Origin: Rhodothermales bacterium
Lineage (GTDB): Bacteria; Bacteroidota; Rhodothermia; Rhodothermales; Bin80
DNA length: 64,000 nucleotides
Direction of reading: 5' to 3'
NCBI GenBank assembly: GCA_022821875.1
Contig: JAJECV010000142.1
Coordinates: forward strand, 16,869-80,868
A program made the translations under genes and the position numbers. Shown here piece after piece: positions 20,392 through 29,480 of the stretch. A model generated the notes under the pieces. It saw only the letters and a list, made by a program, of their open reading frames with translations. It was not told the origin of the DNA and ran no database searches. The stretch's first letter is position 1, and each line of letters begins with the position of its first letter.

Positions 20392-20648
20392 AAACTATCT
20401 CTCCAGTTCGTATCGCTAAAATAGAAGATACCGGCAGGAAGATTATTCTTGATGATAACTCCGAGTGGGAGGTTTATTTTGATGATATTCCGACATTAAA
20501 CAAATGGTTTCCCCCTAACTGGGTTATTGTATGGCGGCGAGATCAGCTTGACCCTTGGAAGTGGGGAACCCAAGCTCTCTATCCTTATGTAACGATCATA
20601 GAATATCTTGATTCAGGCAGAAAGGTGGGAGTGAAGCAGATAAAATAA
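20388..20648 (+). CDS. Hypothetical Trp-rich small protein (86 aa)
   Basis: 'KWFPPNWVIVWRRDQLDPWKWG'. It has AT-rich third codon positions like the FRG gene and sits 25 nt upstream of the FRG gene. The track's longer 20301 start gives an implausible N-terminus. Confidence 0.5.
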   Translation: MKTISPVRIAKIEDTGRKIILDDNSEWEVYFDDIPTLNKWFPPNWVIVWRRDQLDPWKWGTQALYPYVTIIEYLDSGRKVGVKQIK

Positions 20649-20673
20649 TTATTTTCCTTTTCTATAAAATAAA

Positions 20674-21540
20674 ATGATTAAGGAAATAAATTTCAAGAAT
20701 TCAGATTCTTTATGGAATAAAATAACCAATTTTCAAAAAACATCTGATTCTAATAATGAATTAATTTATAGAGGACATTCAAGTTCTAATTGGGATCTTT
20801 TGCCAACTGTCTTGCGTCGCGAATCAATCCTTCAATTAAAGGAAGTTAACGGAAATTCCATTAATTGTGAGCACTTAGTATCAAAAGAATTTAAGCTACT
20901 ACAAGATTTCATACATAGTTGCGATCAAACAGGTATTACTGTCCCAAATGACTCTGTGATGTTTCGTAGGGAAAACCTTACGCAGTTAAGTTTGGAGAAA
21001 TATATTGAACAGCCCGAAAAATGGCCCAATGAGAAATTACTAGAAACGATGGCTATGGCTAGACTCCATAGTCTTCCCACGAGACTTCTTGATTGGACAA
21101 AAAATCCCTATATCGCCGTGTATTTCGCTGCTAGTCAGGCATTAAGGGGAAGGCGAAATTGGCATGAAAAGCAGAAGCTCTCCATACTTGTATTCAATAA
21201 AGGATTGTCAACTAATAATGAATTCGGTCCGATAAAAGTACTTCGTATACGTGGTGCTATTTCCCAGAATATTGTTGCTCAACAAGGTCTTTTCACAGTT
21301 CACCCGATACTTGAAAAAAGAGGCGAACCCTTAAGTATCAGAAGTTTAGAGAATTATCTACCTGATAATATATCAATTCAGAAACTAACTGTACCAATAA
21401 GAGAATCCGTAGGCTTATATAAACTGTGCAATCAATTTGGCTTTAACGCAGCAAAATTATATCCCGGCACAGACGGTGCCAGTAGGTCTGTCATTGAAAA
21501 TCAATTGTACACCCTTGCCAGCCGAGGGAGAGAAGAATAA
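20674..21540 (+). CDS. FRG domain-containing protein
   Basis: 'LIYRGHSSSNWDLLPTVLRR' (the F/Y-R-G motif), 'ARLHSLPTRLLDWTKNPYIAVYFA' and 'NIVAQQGLFTVHP' match the conserved blocks of the FRG domain (Pfam PF08867, from memory). Confidence 0.85.
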   Translation: MIKEINFKNSDSLWNKITNFQKTSDSNNELIYRGHSSSNWDLLPTVLRRESILQLKEVNGNSINCEHLVSKEFKLLQDFIHSCDQTGITVPNDSVMFRRENLTQLSLEKYIEQPEKWPNEKLLETMAMARLHSLPTRLLDWTKNPYIAVYFAASQALRGRRNWHEKQKLSILVFNKGLSTNNEFGPIKVLRIRGAISQNIVAQQGLFTVHPILEKRGEPLSIRSLENYLPDNISIQKLTVPIRESVGLYKLCNQFGFNAAKLYPGTDGASRSVIENQLYTLASRGREE

Positions 21541-21738
21541 ATATTTATGCAGATTATGTACTTCGGCACATTAAAAACATAAAATTAAGCAGTGGCTTAC
21601 TGTCCGTCATGTCTGCGGAGCATTCAATCTCCAAGATAACAGTACGATTTGATAAGGCTCACCACTGAGTACTGTGCGTCTTTGTTACACTTCGAACCGA
21701 TAAAAGAGTCTGACGTTTTCTAATTGAGCAGCGAATAC

Positions 21739-23010
21739 ATGTCTAACCATTCTCCGTTCGGCGTGGGGATTTGTCTCAGAACCAATTGGCAGAGCGTTGG
21801 GATCATTCTGGAGTGCATCCGGAAAGAAATGCCCGCGTGCATATTAAGCTGGCAGTGGCCGGGGGCTCTGGTGGATGAGGCGTTGAGCAGGTTGGGGATT
21901 GAGAGCGTTATCACGACAAGAAAAGATCTCAAGACTAGGCAGATCCATCCAGACTCCTGTGAGAGCAGTCGCATAGATTACCGGAAGGTCCTTCAGGGAT
22001 CGGATAAAATTGCGACCATCCTGCATACATCAGGCACCTCTAATGAGCCCAAAGCCGTGGTGCATACGCTGGACAATCATCTTGCAAGTGCCCGGAATGC
22101 CTGTCTGAAACTGAATCTGAACCGCAAGGATCGATGGCTGTTACGTCTTCCTCTGTGGCATGTATCCGGTATGAGTATCGTCTTCCGATGTCTGATGTCT
22201 GGTGCTAACGTCGTGATTCCTGACCCGGAAATGCCACTCATCAAGGCATTGCACACTCACAGGATCACCCATGTATCCATGGTTGCCGCCCAGCTTATTC
22301 AGGTTATGGATCAGCCGCCCCCCGCAAGTATGCGTGCTGCCATCGTAGGAGGCGGCCCGACCCCTCCGCCTGTTCTGGAACAGGCGCTGAGAACCGGCTG
22401 GCCGGTTCGGACGACCTACGGCATGACCGAAACGAGTTCCATGGTGACGCTCAGTGATGAAAAATTCCCCCCTGACTCCGCAGGACCGGCGATTCAGGGG
22501 CATGAACTTAAGATTGCCGAAGATGGCACCATCCTTGTCCGAAGTTCGGCGGTCTGTCTGGGATACTTACGTGAAGGCAGTCTGCAAAGCGCGACCGATG
22601 ACGAAGACTGGCTTCATACCGGAGATCTGGGCCGATTCGGTCCAACCGGAGAACTCTATGTTCTAGGGCGCAAGGACAACATGTTTATTTCGGGTGGGGA
22701 AAATATCAGCCCTGAAGAAATTGAACAGACACTGCACCGCCTCCCTGAAGTGCAGGAAGCCATTGTGGTCCCGGTGCCTGATCCGAAATTTGGTCAGCGT
22801 CCAATCGCCTTTATCCGTGGGGATGCCGACTTTGAACGCCTCCCGCATGTGCTTGCGCAATATCTCCCGAAGTTCAAGATTCCAGTCGTTTACCCCTGGC
22901 CGACAGAGATCCCTTCAACGTCTGTTAAGCGGAATCGCAAAGCATTCGCGAATTTGGCAGTTCGGCTCCAAAAGAGGCAGTCTCCCATACCGGGCGGATC
23001 GTTATTTTGA
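21739..23010 (+). CDS. menE: o-succinylbenzoate-CoA ligase (short adenylate-forming enzyme)
   Basis: 'ILHTSGTSNEPKAVVHT', 'TYGMTETSS', 'HTGDLG', 'GRKDNMFISGGENISPEEIE' and 'VKRNRK'. The start is ATG 21739, or TTG 21724 in the track. Confidence 0.8.
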   Translation: MSNHSPFGVGICLRTNWQSVGIILECIRKEMPACILSWQWPGALVDEALSRLGIESVITTRKDLKTRQIHPDSCESSRIDYRKVLQGSDKIATILHTSGTSNEPKAVVHTLDNHLASARNACLKLNLNRKDRWLLRLPLWHVSGMSIVFRCLMSGANVVIPDPEMPLIKALHTHRITHVSMVAAQLIQVMDQPPPASMRAAIVGGGPTPPPVLEQALRTGWPVRTTYGMTETSSMVTLSDEKFPPDSAGPAIQGHELKIAEDGTILVRSSAVCLGYLREGSLQSATDDEDWLHTGDLGRFGPTGELYVLGRKDNMFISGGENISPEEIEQTLHRLPEVQEAIVVPVPDPKFGQRPIAFIRGDADFERLPHVLAQYLPKFKIPVVYPWPTEIPSTSVKRNRKAFANLAVRLQKRQSPIPGGSLF

Positions 23011-23141
23011 CGGGAACCTCAGGATATTCCATCTTCTTGTATGTCATACAATCACGAATAAGCAGCAATCCGGCCTGTCCGACTCTGCGAAAGGACGGAA
23101 ATCGCCCCTTTGCCATTCCCCGCTATCTGATCCGGCGGCTT

Positions 23142-25136
23142 ATGGACTGCCTGTGCTGTGTATCCGGTTAACGGCGATACAGGTTCATGCGCAGGATAGG
23201 GAAGTGCGCGTAAGCGGAGAATTCTCTCAGCCGCGTATTCAGGCGCAGACGGCAAACTCCAAACCAAGCAGCAGCATCGGTGTATCTAGACACGGTGCAC
23301 AGGTCGTTGCATCCGAAGCAGGTTCGCTGGCATTGGTGAGCCTTTATAATTTTTCCGGAGGCACCGCCTGGTTTGATCACTCTGGACGGCTCCAGAAGCC
23401 GGTCTCACAGTGGTATGGGATCGTATTGAATGAGCAGGGTCATGTTCTCTCAATTGATCTGAGCGGCAATGGACTGGCTGGGTTCATTCCACCCGGAATA
23501 TGGATAATGGATAAGATGGAAATCCTGGATCTCTCGGAGAACCAATTGGATTTTCTGAGCACCGCGTCCATCGCCAACCTGACCTCACTGAAAGAATTGA
23601 TTCTTTGGGGAACCGGCTCTCCGGCCCAATTCCTCCCGATCTAGGACAAATGCCTGCACTGGAAAAACTGTCCCTCTTCCAGAACCGGTTAAGCGGGCAG
23701 ATTCCTCCGGAATTAGGGGCAATGAAGACACTGAAGCAACTGTACCTTGATTTCAACGGGCTGGAGGGCAGGATCCCTGCTGAATCAGGAGAGATTCCAG
23801 GGCTCACGGAATTGTTTCTGGATGCAAATAACCTGACCGGGAGACTCCCGGTGAAACTGACGCAGTTACGCTCCCTCGTCTCACTTTTTGCCGGGTTTAA
23901 TCATCTGGTCGGCCCGGTTCCGGCAGAGTTGACAGCAATGCCAGCACTGGAGAATTTGTCTTTTGAGGGGAATCAAGATACCGGCGATATCCCGGCGGAA
24001 CTTGTCATGGCCGGTAATCTGACCGAATTACATCTCGAACATAATCGTCTCACGGGTCCCATCCCGGAAGGGTTTGGTCAATTGTTTTTGCTGACTATCC
24101 TGGATTTAGAGGGAAATCAGCTGACGGGAAGCCTGCCTGCAGATATAGGAGACAGCCGAAAGATGCGATACCTGAATCTCTCCCGTAATCAACTCAAAGG
24201 ACCGGTCAATTCACTGCCGTGCACATTAGATGAGCTCCATTTGCGCCAGAATCAACTGACCGGCACGTTTTCCGCTGTCGTTGCCCCCCTCACATCGCTC
24301 CACAAAATTGATCTTCGGGAAAATTCCTTTGCGGGAACCCTTGAAGGTGTGTACAGCCATCAGAGACTGGTTGAGATTCGGCTGAGCAATAACCGGTTTA
24401 CCGGCGCATTTTCACCCGCGCACAGGACGATGTACTATCTGGAGCATCTGGATATTGCCAGTAACAAACTCCATGAAATCAGGCAGTTCACAGAATGGGA
24501 ATTTTGGGATACGATCCAGGTTTCGGGGAATCAGTTTGACTTTACATATCTGCTGCCGAATGCCGCACTGATCATCGCGGCCTATTTTCGTATGCCCCGC
24601 AGGACTCTCTATTCACCCAGATAACAGGAAATGGAACCGAAAGAATGTTCAGCGCAGCTGATTCGGCGGCTGGAAATACCTACCAGTGGTATCGAAACGG
24701 AAACGCCCTGGATGGCGCAAATTCAGCCTCCGTGCGTATCAACATCCGTGAACCCATTGCGGAGTATTACTGTGAGATAACCAACGATATGCTGCCAAGT
24801 CTGACGCTCACCGGCACGGTCAAGTCAGCCGATGCCATCTCTACAGATATCGATCATTTGCCGGAGAAAATCGAACGGATCACCGTTGGTCAGAGTTCCC
24901 CCAACCCTTTTCAAACAGAAACCGTCATCCCGATCATAATGCATAACCCTGGCCGGCTAAAAATTTCGATCTGCGATGTGACGGGCCGGGAGACATTCAC
25001 GCTCATTCAGCGTATCATGAGCGTGGGTGAGCATGTCATACCGGTTCCCGCCGCCGGACTCACTTCGGGAATTTATCGCTATGTAGTTGATGTCGGGGGA
25101 GACCAGATTGTGCATTCCATGGTGCTCATCCAATAG
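23142..25136 (+). pseudogene. Leucine-rich-repeat surface protein with Ig-like module and T9SS C-terminal sorting domain, split into 3-4 frames
   Basis: There are 24-residue plant-type LRRs ('L..L.L..N.L.G.IP..LG'). The frame breaks at the G4 run 23607-23610 ('LKELILWG|NRLSGPIP') and at the T4 run 24585-24588 ('AAYF|SYAPQDS'). The last fragment carries 'NTYQWYRNG' and a T9SS tail ('SSPNPFQTETVIPI...GIYRYVV'). A possible signal peptide 'MDCLCCVSG' lies in yet another frame (23142-23171). Confidence 0.7.
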
Positions 25137-25189
25137 CCTAAATGACTTTCAGAAGAATCCATTGATCCATTCCAGACTAACTTGATCTC

Positions 25190-26806
25190 ATGTTCTCAAG
25201 ACGATCTTTTTTGAAATTATCCAGCGGGGGGCTGCTGGCATTGTCCCAATTTCATCGTGAATGGGAGGCGGACATTGCGATCATCGGGGGTGGCACCGGG
25301 GGATGCGCGGCGGCACTGGCCGCGCTGAAAATGAATCAAACCGTGATTCTCACCGAAGAGACCGACTGGATTGGCGGTCAGTTCACGCAGCAGGGAGTCC
25401 CGCCGGATGAGCATCAGTGGATTGAAGAACATGGTGCGAATGCAAGCTATCTCGCCTTTCGCAGCGAAATACGAAACTACTACCAAAGGCATTACCCTTT
25501 GCGCAACCCTGGTGCAGAACTTCTCAATCCAGGCACCTGCGGGGTTTCGAGACTCTGCCACGAACCCCGGGCCGCACTTGCGATCCTGAACCACTGGTTT
25601 GCGCCTTATTTAAGCAGCGGACAACTCCGAATCATGCTCAATACCCGGCCCGTTTCCGCAGAAGTCTCCGGCGACCGGATTCAGGCAGTTCATGTATCGC
25701 CCATGGCGGGGGTCATCCGGGCAAAGTATTTTATTGACGCAACAGAGGATGGGCTGCTGCTTGAACTCTCGCAGACGGAATACGTGACGGGAGCCGAGCC
25801 GGATACGGGCGAACTGCATGCATCTCCGCGGCCCGGTCTCCAGAATATGCAGGCTCCGACATGGTGCTTTGCGATGGATTACCGGCCGGGGGAAGATCAT
25901 ACCATTGAGCGGCCCGCTTCCTACGGGTACTGGCGGGATTATATCCCTCCAATTGATCCTCCATGGCCGGGAAAACTCTTCAGTCTGACCTACAGCCATC
26001 CCATTACACTGGAGCCGAGGACGGCATCGTTTGATCCCCGTCCAGGAGCCGTCACCGAACATTTCAATCTATGGGTCTATCGAAGACTCATTGATCCGGC
26101 ATTATTCCCGTCTGGTACCTACGCAGGGGGAATCTCTCTGGTGAACTGGCCTCAGAATGATTATATCGAAGGCAATCTCTTTGGTACACCGGACAGCGAC
26201 CTGCACCGGCAGGCCGCACATGATCTCAGTCTGTCATTCTTTTATTGGCTTCAGACGGAGGTTCCCCGGGAGGATGGGGGGCAGGGCTGGCCGGGACTCC
26301 GGTTACGGGGAGATGTGATGGGAACAACGGATGGGCTTGCCAAAGCACCCTACCTGCGGGAATCCCGAAGGATTTATGCCGAGTTCACCGTCGCCGAGGA
26401 TCATGTGGGAGCAGAAGCCAGAGAGGGGAGCAGTCGGGCAGAATCCTTTCATGACTCCATCGGAGTGGGAAGTTATCGGATAGATCTACATCCGTCCACC
26501 GGAGGAGATAACTATATTGATGTCGCCTCGCTGCCCTTTGAGATTCCACTGGGCGCATTAATTCCGGTTCGTATGGAAAACCTGCTGCCGGCAGCAAAAA
26601 ATATCGGTGCGACGCATATAACCGGTGGATGCTACCGCCTCCATCCGGTTGAGTGGGGAATTGGGGAAGCCGCGGGTGCCCTTGCGGCCTGGTCGATTTC
26701 ACAATCCACCACGCCCAGAGCAGTGCGTACCCGTCATTTGAGTGAGTTCCAGGACTTACTGGCCGGTCAGGGGGTGCAGCTTCGGTGGCCCGAATCCATC
26801 TACTAA
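25190..26806 (+). CDS. FAD-dependent oxidoreductase with twin-arginine (Tat) signal
   Basis: 'MFSRRSFLKLSSGG' is Tat-like and 'IIGGGTGGCAAALAALK' is a dinucleotide-binding fold. The stop lies 4 nt before the next gene. Confidence 0.7.
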   Translation: MFSRRSFLKLSSGGLLALSQFHREWEADIAIIGGGTGGCAAALAALKMNQTVILTEETDWIGGQFTQQGVPPDEHQWIEEHGANASYLAFRSEIRNYYQRHYPLRNPGAELLNPGTCGVSRLCHEPRAALAILNHWFAPYLSSGQLRIMLNTRPVSAEVSGDRIQAVHVSPMAGVIRAKYFIDATEDGLLLELSQTEYVTGAEPDTGELHASPRPGLQNMQAPTWCFAMDYRPGEDHTIERPASYGYWRDYIPPIDPPWPGKLFSLTYSHPITLEPRTASFDPRPGAVTEHFNLWVYRRLIDPALFPSGTYAGGISLVNWPQNDYIEGNLFGTPDSDLHRQAAHDLSLSFFYWLQTEVPREDGGQGWPGLRLRGDVMGTTDGLAKAPYLRESRRIYAEFTVAEDHVGAEAREGSSRAESFHDSIGVGSYRIDLHPSTGGDNYIDVASLPFEIPLGALIPVRMENLLPAAKNIGATHITGGCYRLHPVEWGIGEAAGALAAWSISQSTTPRAVRTRHLSEFQDLLAGQGVQLRWPESIY

Positions 26807-26810
26807 AGGC

Positions 26811-29480
26811 ATGGCGCGTCTGCGTACCCGCTATATACGATTGCCAAAACAGCAGCGACGGCTGGTCGCGGTGCTGTTGGGGGGCTTTGCAGTTCTCCTG
26901 GTGAACAGCCTGTTCCTGTATCTGGTAGAGGGATCCACGGCGCTGCTCTATATGAGCAATGTGCTCCTGCATATTGGTCTGGGAACGCTGTTTGTGCTTC
27001 CCTCCGCGGTATTCCTGATACTGCACCTGTCCAAGATGCCCCTGCGCAGTAACTGGAAGGCCACTCTGGCAGGAACCGTTACCGGCACGTCGCTCGTTAT
27101 GCTTCTGTCCAGCGGATTTGGTCTGGTCTTTCTGGGCTCAACCTGGGCGGGCGGTGCACTCTTGTATGTTCATGTGATTTCTGTCGTCTCGTCTATCTTT
27201 GGATTTTTAATCCATATTTCCCTGAAAGAAGGGATCCGGTACCGATTCCTTGAATGGGGGCAGGCATTTCGTTCCGGGGGGATCCATCTATGGCGTCATC
27301 CACTGTCGATGACCCTGGCCGTTGGACTGGCGGTGACGTTTCTGGTGGGGCTGGTGCCCTGGTTACAGGGCAGTGGTTCCATCTACGTGGAAGAAACCGG
27401 CGAGAACCCCTTGGCCGCGTCCCAGGCAATCCTGGCCCATGAGGAATACCTGAGTGATGAGGATTTAGGGCGGTCGGAGTCCTGTGGACAGGCAGGATGC
27501 CATCCAGATGTGGTGGCGCAATGGGAGGCATCCGTGCACCGGTTCTCATCTTTCAATAACCCCTACTATCTAAAGAGTATTGAAGCACTCATTGAGCGGG
27601 GCGGCAATGATCCTGCTCGGTGGTGTGCGTCATGCCATGATCCACTGGTTCTCTTTACGGGGCGGTTAACGGACGAGCAGATTCTGGATTTTGAGCATCC
27701 GACCTCGCAGGCGGGGATTACCTGTTTTTCCTGTCATGCAATTGAGGCACTGAGAGATGTGAGGGGCAATGGCCGATATGTGATTTCTTCGCCGGATGAG
27801 TATCCGTTTGCCCGGGCTGAAGATGATACCCGCCGGTGGATTCATAATACGCTGGTCCGTGCAAATCCGGGCCCGCACCGGGAGGCAATGCTGAAGCCGG
27901 TCCATCAGACCATGGAATTTTGCGGCACCTGTCATAAGGTCGGCCTGCCCCCTGAAGTCAATAATTACCGATGGAAACGCGGGCAGAATGAATATGATGC
28001 CTGGCAAAGCAGTGGCACAAGCGGGAACACCGTTCGTTCTTTTTACCTGCCGGAAGCACCGCTTTCCTGCATTGACTGCCATATGCCGAGAGTACGTTCA
28101 GAGGATCAGGGGGGCCTGGACGGATTCATTCGCAGTCATACGTTTGCGGCAGCAAATACAGCGATCCCTTCCATTAAGGGATATCCCGATCAGGTTGAAG
28201 AGGTGCAGGAAGTGCTCCAGTCATCTGCATCGGTGGACATTTTTTCGGTGACGGTAGATGGCCGGGGCTATGGTCCGGATGAAGTGATACCGCCCCTGCG
28301 GGCAGGTGCAGAGGTGGAGGTGAGTGTCGTGGTACGCAATCGACGTGTCGGGCATTTGCTTCCCGGAGGGACGAATGACTCCAATGAGATGTGGCTGGAG
28401 TTTGCCGCAAAGGATTCATCCGGGCGCAGGATCCTCATCTCCGGTGACCTGGATGCAGAAGGGCAGGTCGATTCCACCGCCCATTTCTGGGGAGCCGTAC
28501 AGGTGGATCGTGCCAGCCAGCCCATTAACCGGCGGAATGCTCAGGACTGGATTGCAACCGTCTATGCCCATATGATTGGGCCGGGTACCGCGCATACGGT
28601 ACACTATGGGTTCCGCGTACCGCCTGGCACCATGGTCCATACGCTGTCAGCCCGGTTGTATCACCGCAAGTTCAAGTGGTACTTCCATAACTGGACATTC
28701 CGGGGCCGCGTGGCCCCCGGACAACCGGATTCTCTTGCACGCAAAGAGGTAGACCTGCGAAAGTGGGATCTGGGACCCGGTAAAGCACCCGAAATCCCGA
28801 TTACGCTCATGGCCTCCGCCAGGCGGTCAGAAGGCGTGCAGCCCGATACAACCTATGCCGCCTGGGAACGCTGGAATGATTATGGGATCGGACTATTTCT
28901 TGAAGGCGATACGCGCGGGGCACTCGAAGCATTTGGAGAGGTTTCCGTAATTGCTCCTGAAAGCCCGGAAGGGCCCATCAATCTGGCTCGGGTATATCTT
29001 GCGGAGGGCAGCCTGGAAGCGGCAGAAGCCCAGCTTAGGGCAGCCGAAATGCGTGCGCCCGGCTACCTCAAGACCGCGTATTTCCGGGGAGAGGTGCTGC
29101 GGGGATATGGGGAATATGATGCGGCCATTGCAGAATGGCTGAAGGTGTATGAGACCTATCCAGATGACCGCGTACTGCTGCTTGCCATCGCCCGCATGCA
29201 CTACCTGATGGAACGGTATGAAGAGGCGCTCACATGGGTTGATCAGGTACTGAACATTGATCCGGAAGATCTGGGAGGCTTGTACAACCGGATGCTCACG
29301 CTCGGCGCACTGCAGCGGACCGAAGAACTGCAGGAAGCACAGAGATTGTATGAATTCCATAAAGAAGATGAGACTGCACTTGCGGTCACCGGTCCCTACA
29401 AACAACGTCACCCGTCAGACAACATGAAAGCACAGCCCATTCACCGGCACCGCTTACGGCCCGCCGGCTATCAGCCCTGA
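26811..29480 (+). CDS. Membrane-anchored multihaem c-type cytochrome with C-terminal TPR repeats
   Basis: About five N-terminal TM helices. Four CXXCH motifs (CASCH, CFSCH, CGTCH, CIDCH) plus 'CGQAGCH' (CX4CH). The C-terminal ~250 aa are TPR-like. I placed the start at ATG 26811 rather than the track's 26742. Confidence 0.7.
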   Translation: MARLRTRYIRLPKQQRRLVAVLLGGFAVLLVNSLFLYLVEGSTALLYMSNVLLHIGLGTLFVLPSAVFLILHLSKMPLRSNWKATLAGTVTGTSLVMLLSSGFGLVFLGSTWAGGALLYVHVISVVSSIFGFLIHISLKEGIRYRFLEWGQAFRSGGIHLWRHPLSMTLAVGLAVTFLVGLVPWLQGSGSIYVEETGENPLAASQAILAHEEYLSDEDLGRSESCGQAGCHPDVVAQWEASVHRFSSFNNPYYLKSIEALIERGGNDPARWCASCHDPLVLFTGRLTDEQILDFEHPTSQAGITCFSCHAIEALRDVRGNGRYVISSPDEYPFARAEDDTRRWIHNTLVRANPGPHREAMLKPVHQTMEFCGTCHKVGLPPEVNNYRWKRGQNEYDAWQSSGTSGNTVRSFYLPEAPLSCIDCHMPRVRSEDQGGLDGFIRSHTFAAANTAIPSIKGYPDQVEEVQEVLQSSASVDIFSVTVDGRGYGPDEVIPPLRAGAEVEVSVVVRNRRVGHLLPGGTNDSNEMWLEFAAKDSSGRRILISGDLDAEGQVDSTAHFWGAVQVDRASQPINRRNAQDWIATVYAHMIGPGTAHTVHYGFRVPPGTMVHTLSARLYHRKFKWYFHNWTFRGRVAPGQPDSLARKEVDLRKWDLGPGKAPEIPITLMASARRSEGVQPDTTYAAWERWNDYGIGLFLEGDTRGALEAFGEVSVIAPESPEGPINLARVYLAEGSLEAAEAQLRAAEMRAPGYLKTAYFRGEVLRGYGEYDAAIAEWLKVYETYPDDRVLLLAIARMHYLMERYEEALTWVDQVLNIDPEDLGGLYNRMLTLGALQRTEELQEAQRLYEFHKEDETALAVTGPYKQRHPSDNMKAQPIHRHRLRPAGYQP

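Noticed and set aside
22694-23141. N-terminal ~150 codons of track ORF 22694-23644
   Set aside because: This part overlaps the 3' end of menE in another frame and only reflects the absence of stops. The LRR gene must begin after the menE stop at 23010.
23440-24500. Periodic ~72-nt nucleotide repeats, considered as a CRISPR or tandem-repeat array
   Set aside because: The periodicity is the coding consequence of 24-residue LRR units. The repeats are degenerate, there are no unique spacers and no cas genes.
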